A DNA stretch of 32,000 nt from Candidatus Velamenicoccus archaeovorus (GTDB lineage: Bacteria; Omnitrophota; Gorgyraeia; Velamenicoccales; Velamenicoccaceae): contig NZ_CP019384.1 of the NCBI RefSeq assembly GCF_004102945.1, positions 1,470,001-1,502,000 of the forward strand, written 5' to 3'. Each line of letters opens with the position of its first letter. Position 1 is the stretch's first letter. Under the pieces are notes generated by a model, which had not been told where the DNA came from, ran no database searches, and saw nothing but the letters and a program-made list of their open reading frames with translations. This document shows, in pieces, positions 31,023-32,000 of this stretch. Made by a program: the position numbers and the translations under genes.

Positions 31023-31734
31023 CATCGTTATCTCGTTGATCAAAATGTGCTTTAATTCTTCCTATCGACTCTTTTATCTCCTTTCGATCATGGAAATCAA
31101 TGAGTAATTTATAGCTCATAGCATTTGTCTCCAGAATATAAGCAATTTTTTGGAGTTCGCCTATTAATGCGTAAAATTTTTCAGATCTAGAATTGAAATT
31201 TTCAATTCGTTTTAAATATTCATCGAATATTTCAGTCGCCGCTGCTCTAATCTTATCACCTTCTACAAATTCTTTAATAGCTATACAAAGATCATACTCG
31301 TAAAAATTAGTTGATTCTTCCACGAGAATAAAAAGATGCTGTGCCTGTTCGTAAAATATCCTACCATCTTCGCCTGTTAAAGAAAAAAGCTTATAAAAAG
31401 GAAGAGAATATAAAGACTCTTGTTTCATTCTCAGAAATCTTAAGGGAGAATAATCGTCTGATGATAACTTTATCCCAGTAGCCTGTTTTTCTTTGAATAT
31501 TTTTAAAATACGCAAAGAATGAGCGAAGTTTTCTCTAAAAATACCAAGCGCATGTTCAATTCTTTCAATCAGAATATCAATTCCATGTTCCAAATATCGC
31601 TTAACAATCTGCTCATTTTCTCTCTGAACCAAATACTGTCTCCGCCAAAACAAATACGCAAAAAATGCAGGAATTAAATATTTAACTACCTCTGCGCTCC
31701 AATTCCCTAAAAAAACAAGCAGTCTTTCTTTCAT
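30994..31734 (-). CDS. N-terminally TM-anchored helical protein of unknown function
   Basis: 246 aa. TM segment VVKYLIPAFFAYLFW, SD GGAGG, AT-rich (about 35% GC in a sampled line). No recognisable motif. Confidence 0.6.
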   Translation of the reverse strand: MKERLLVFLGNWSAEVVKYLIPAFFAYLFWRRQYLVQRENEQIVKRYLEHGIDILIERIEHALGIFRENFAHSLRILKIFKEKQATGIKLSSDDYSPLRFLRMKQESLYSLPFYKLFSLTGEDGRIFYEQAQHLFILVEESTNFYEYDLCIAIKEFVEGDKIRAAATEIFDEYLKRIENFNSRSEKFYALIGELQKIAYILETNAMSYKLLIDFHDRKEIKESIGRIKAHFDQRDNDGPGTNNPLT

Positions 31735-31822
31735 TGTTTAACCTCCAAAATCTATGCTAACAGCTCGAGGTCTCGCATCAGTTGAATTTCAATTTATGGC
31801 TTAACTAAAAAAGGTTTTCCGT

Positions 31823-31972
31823 TTATAGTACACATTTGATCTTAGTTCCTTTCGTATAAAACCTAGATCCTGGAGACACTCTAGTATTTTTTTTGCGAAC
31901 TTCTTCTCGCAGCCTTGTGCCTCGAGACAAAGATTTAAGATTATCCGGGGTGAGCTTTTCAAAATCTCTCAT
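31823..31972 (-). CDS. Possible 49-aa basic ORF at the window edge
   Basis: Own translation gives MRDFEKLTPDNLKSLSRGTRLREEVRKKNTRVSPGSRFYTKGTKIKCVL. No clear SD. Very tentative. Confidence 0.2.
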   Translation of the reverse strand: MRDFEKLTPDNLKSLSRGTRLREEVRKKNTRVSPGSRFYTKGTKIKCVL

Positions 31973-32000
31973 ATGTGCAATAATTCTTAGACTCAAATAT

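Noticed and set aside
25779-31734. The five palindromic repeats as a CRISPR array
   Set aside because: Spacing is irregular (about 0.1 to 1.9 kb), the intervals are protein-coding genes with their own SDs, and no cas genes are present.

Overview
The window is gene-dense, and every credible gene lies on the minus strand (44 CDS calls). The long plus-strand ORFs are antisense shadows. Positions 1-25.7 kb look like high-GC core chromosome, about 58% GC in hand-counted 60-nt samples. This part holds an aminotransferase fragment, an Lrp/AsnC regulator, a class I GATase, nadE, a GAF-ANTAR regulator, a QueG-like Fe-S protein, a pseudopilin, an ICMT-like methyltransferase, mnmG, apgM, an LpqC-type esterase, a nucleoside deaminase, two flavodoxin-fold proteins, a CPA2 antiporter and many exported or membrane proteins of unknown function. 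Positions 25.8-32 kb are a compositionally mosaic accessory island; sampled lines range from about 27% to about 72% GC depending on the gene. Its small, unrelated genes are a lipase plus lipoprotein pair, an HNH nuclease, a zinc-ribbon protein, DUF2085, tiny hydrophobic peptides, a coiled-coil/bPH-like protein and TM proteins. These genes are separated by five copies of a near-identical 37-bp palindromic element. The core of that element occurs in both orientations and has the architecture of a recombinase core site. A second 29-nt motif marks three further gene ends. This cassette-like array has no integrase, transposase or canonical attC in the window and is the most interesting structure here. 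Other notable items are a three-member paralog family of small secreted proteins and a 49-nt block duplicated at 48/49 identity in the leaders of mnmG and a flavodoxin gene. There are also heptamer-phased CCAAT/TTGG imperfect palindromes, a GC-rich interleaved inverted-repeat family and several strong intergenic hairpins. I found no rRNA, tRNA, CRISPR array, transposase or integrase. All family assignments come from motif recognition by eye; no database search was run.
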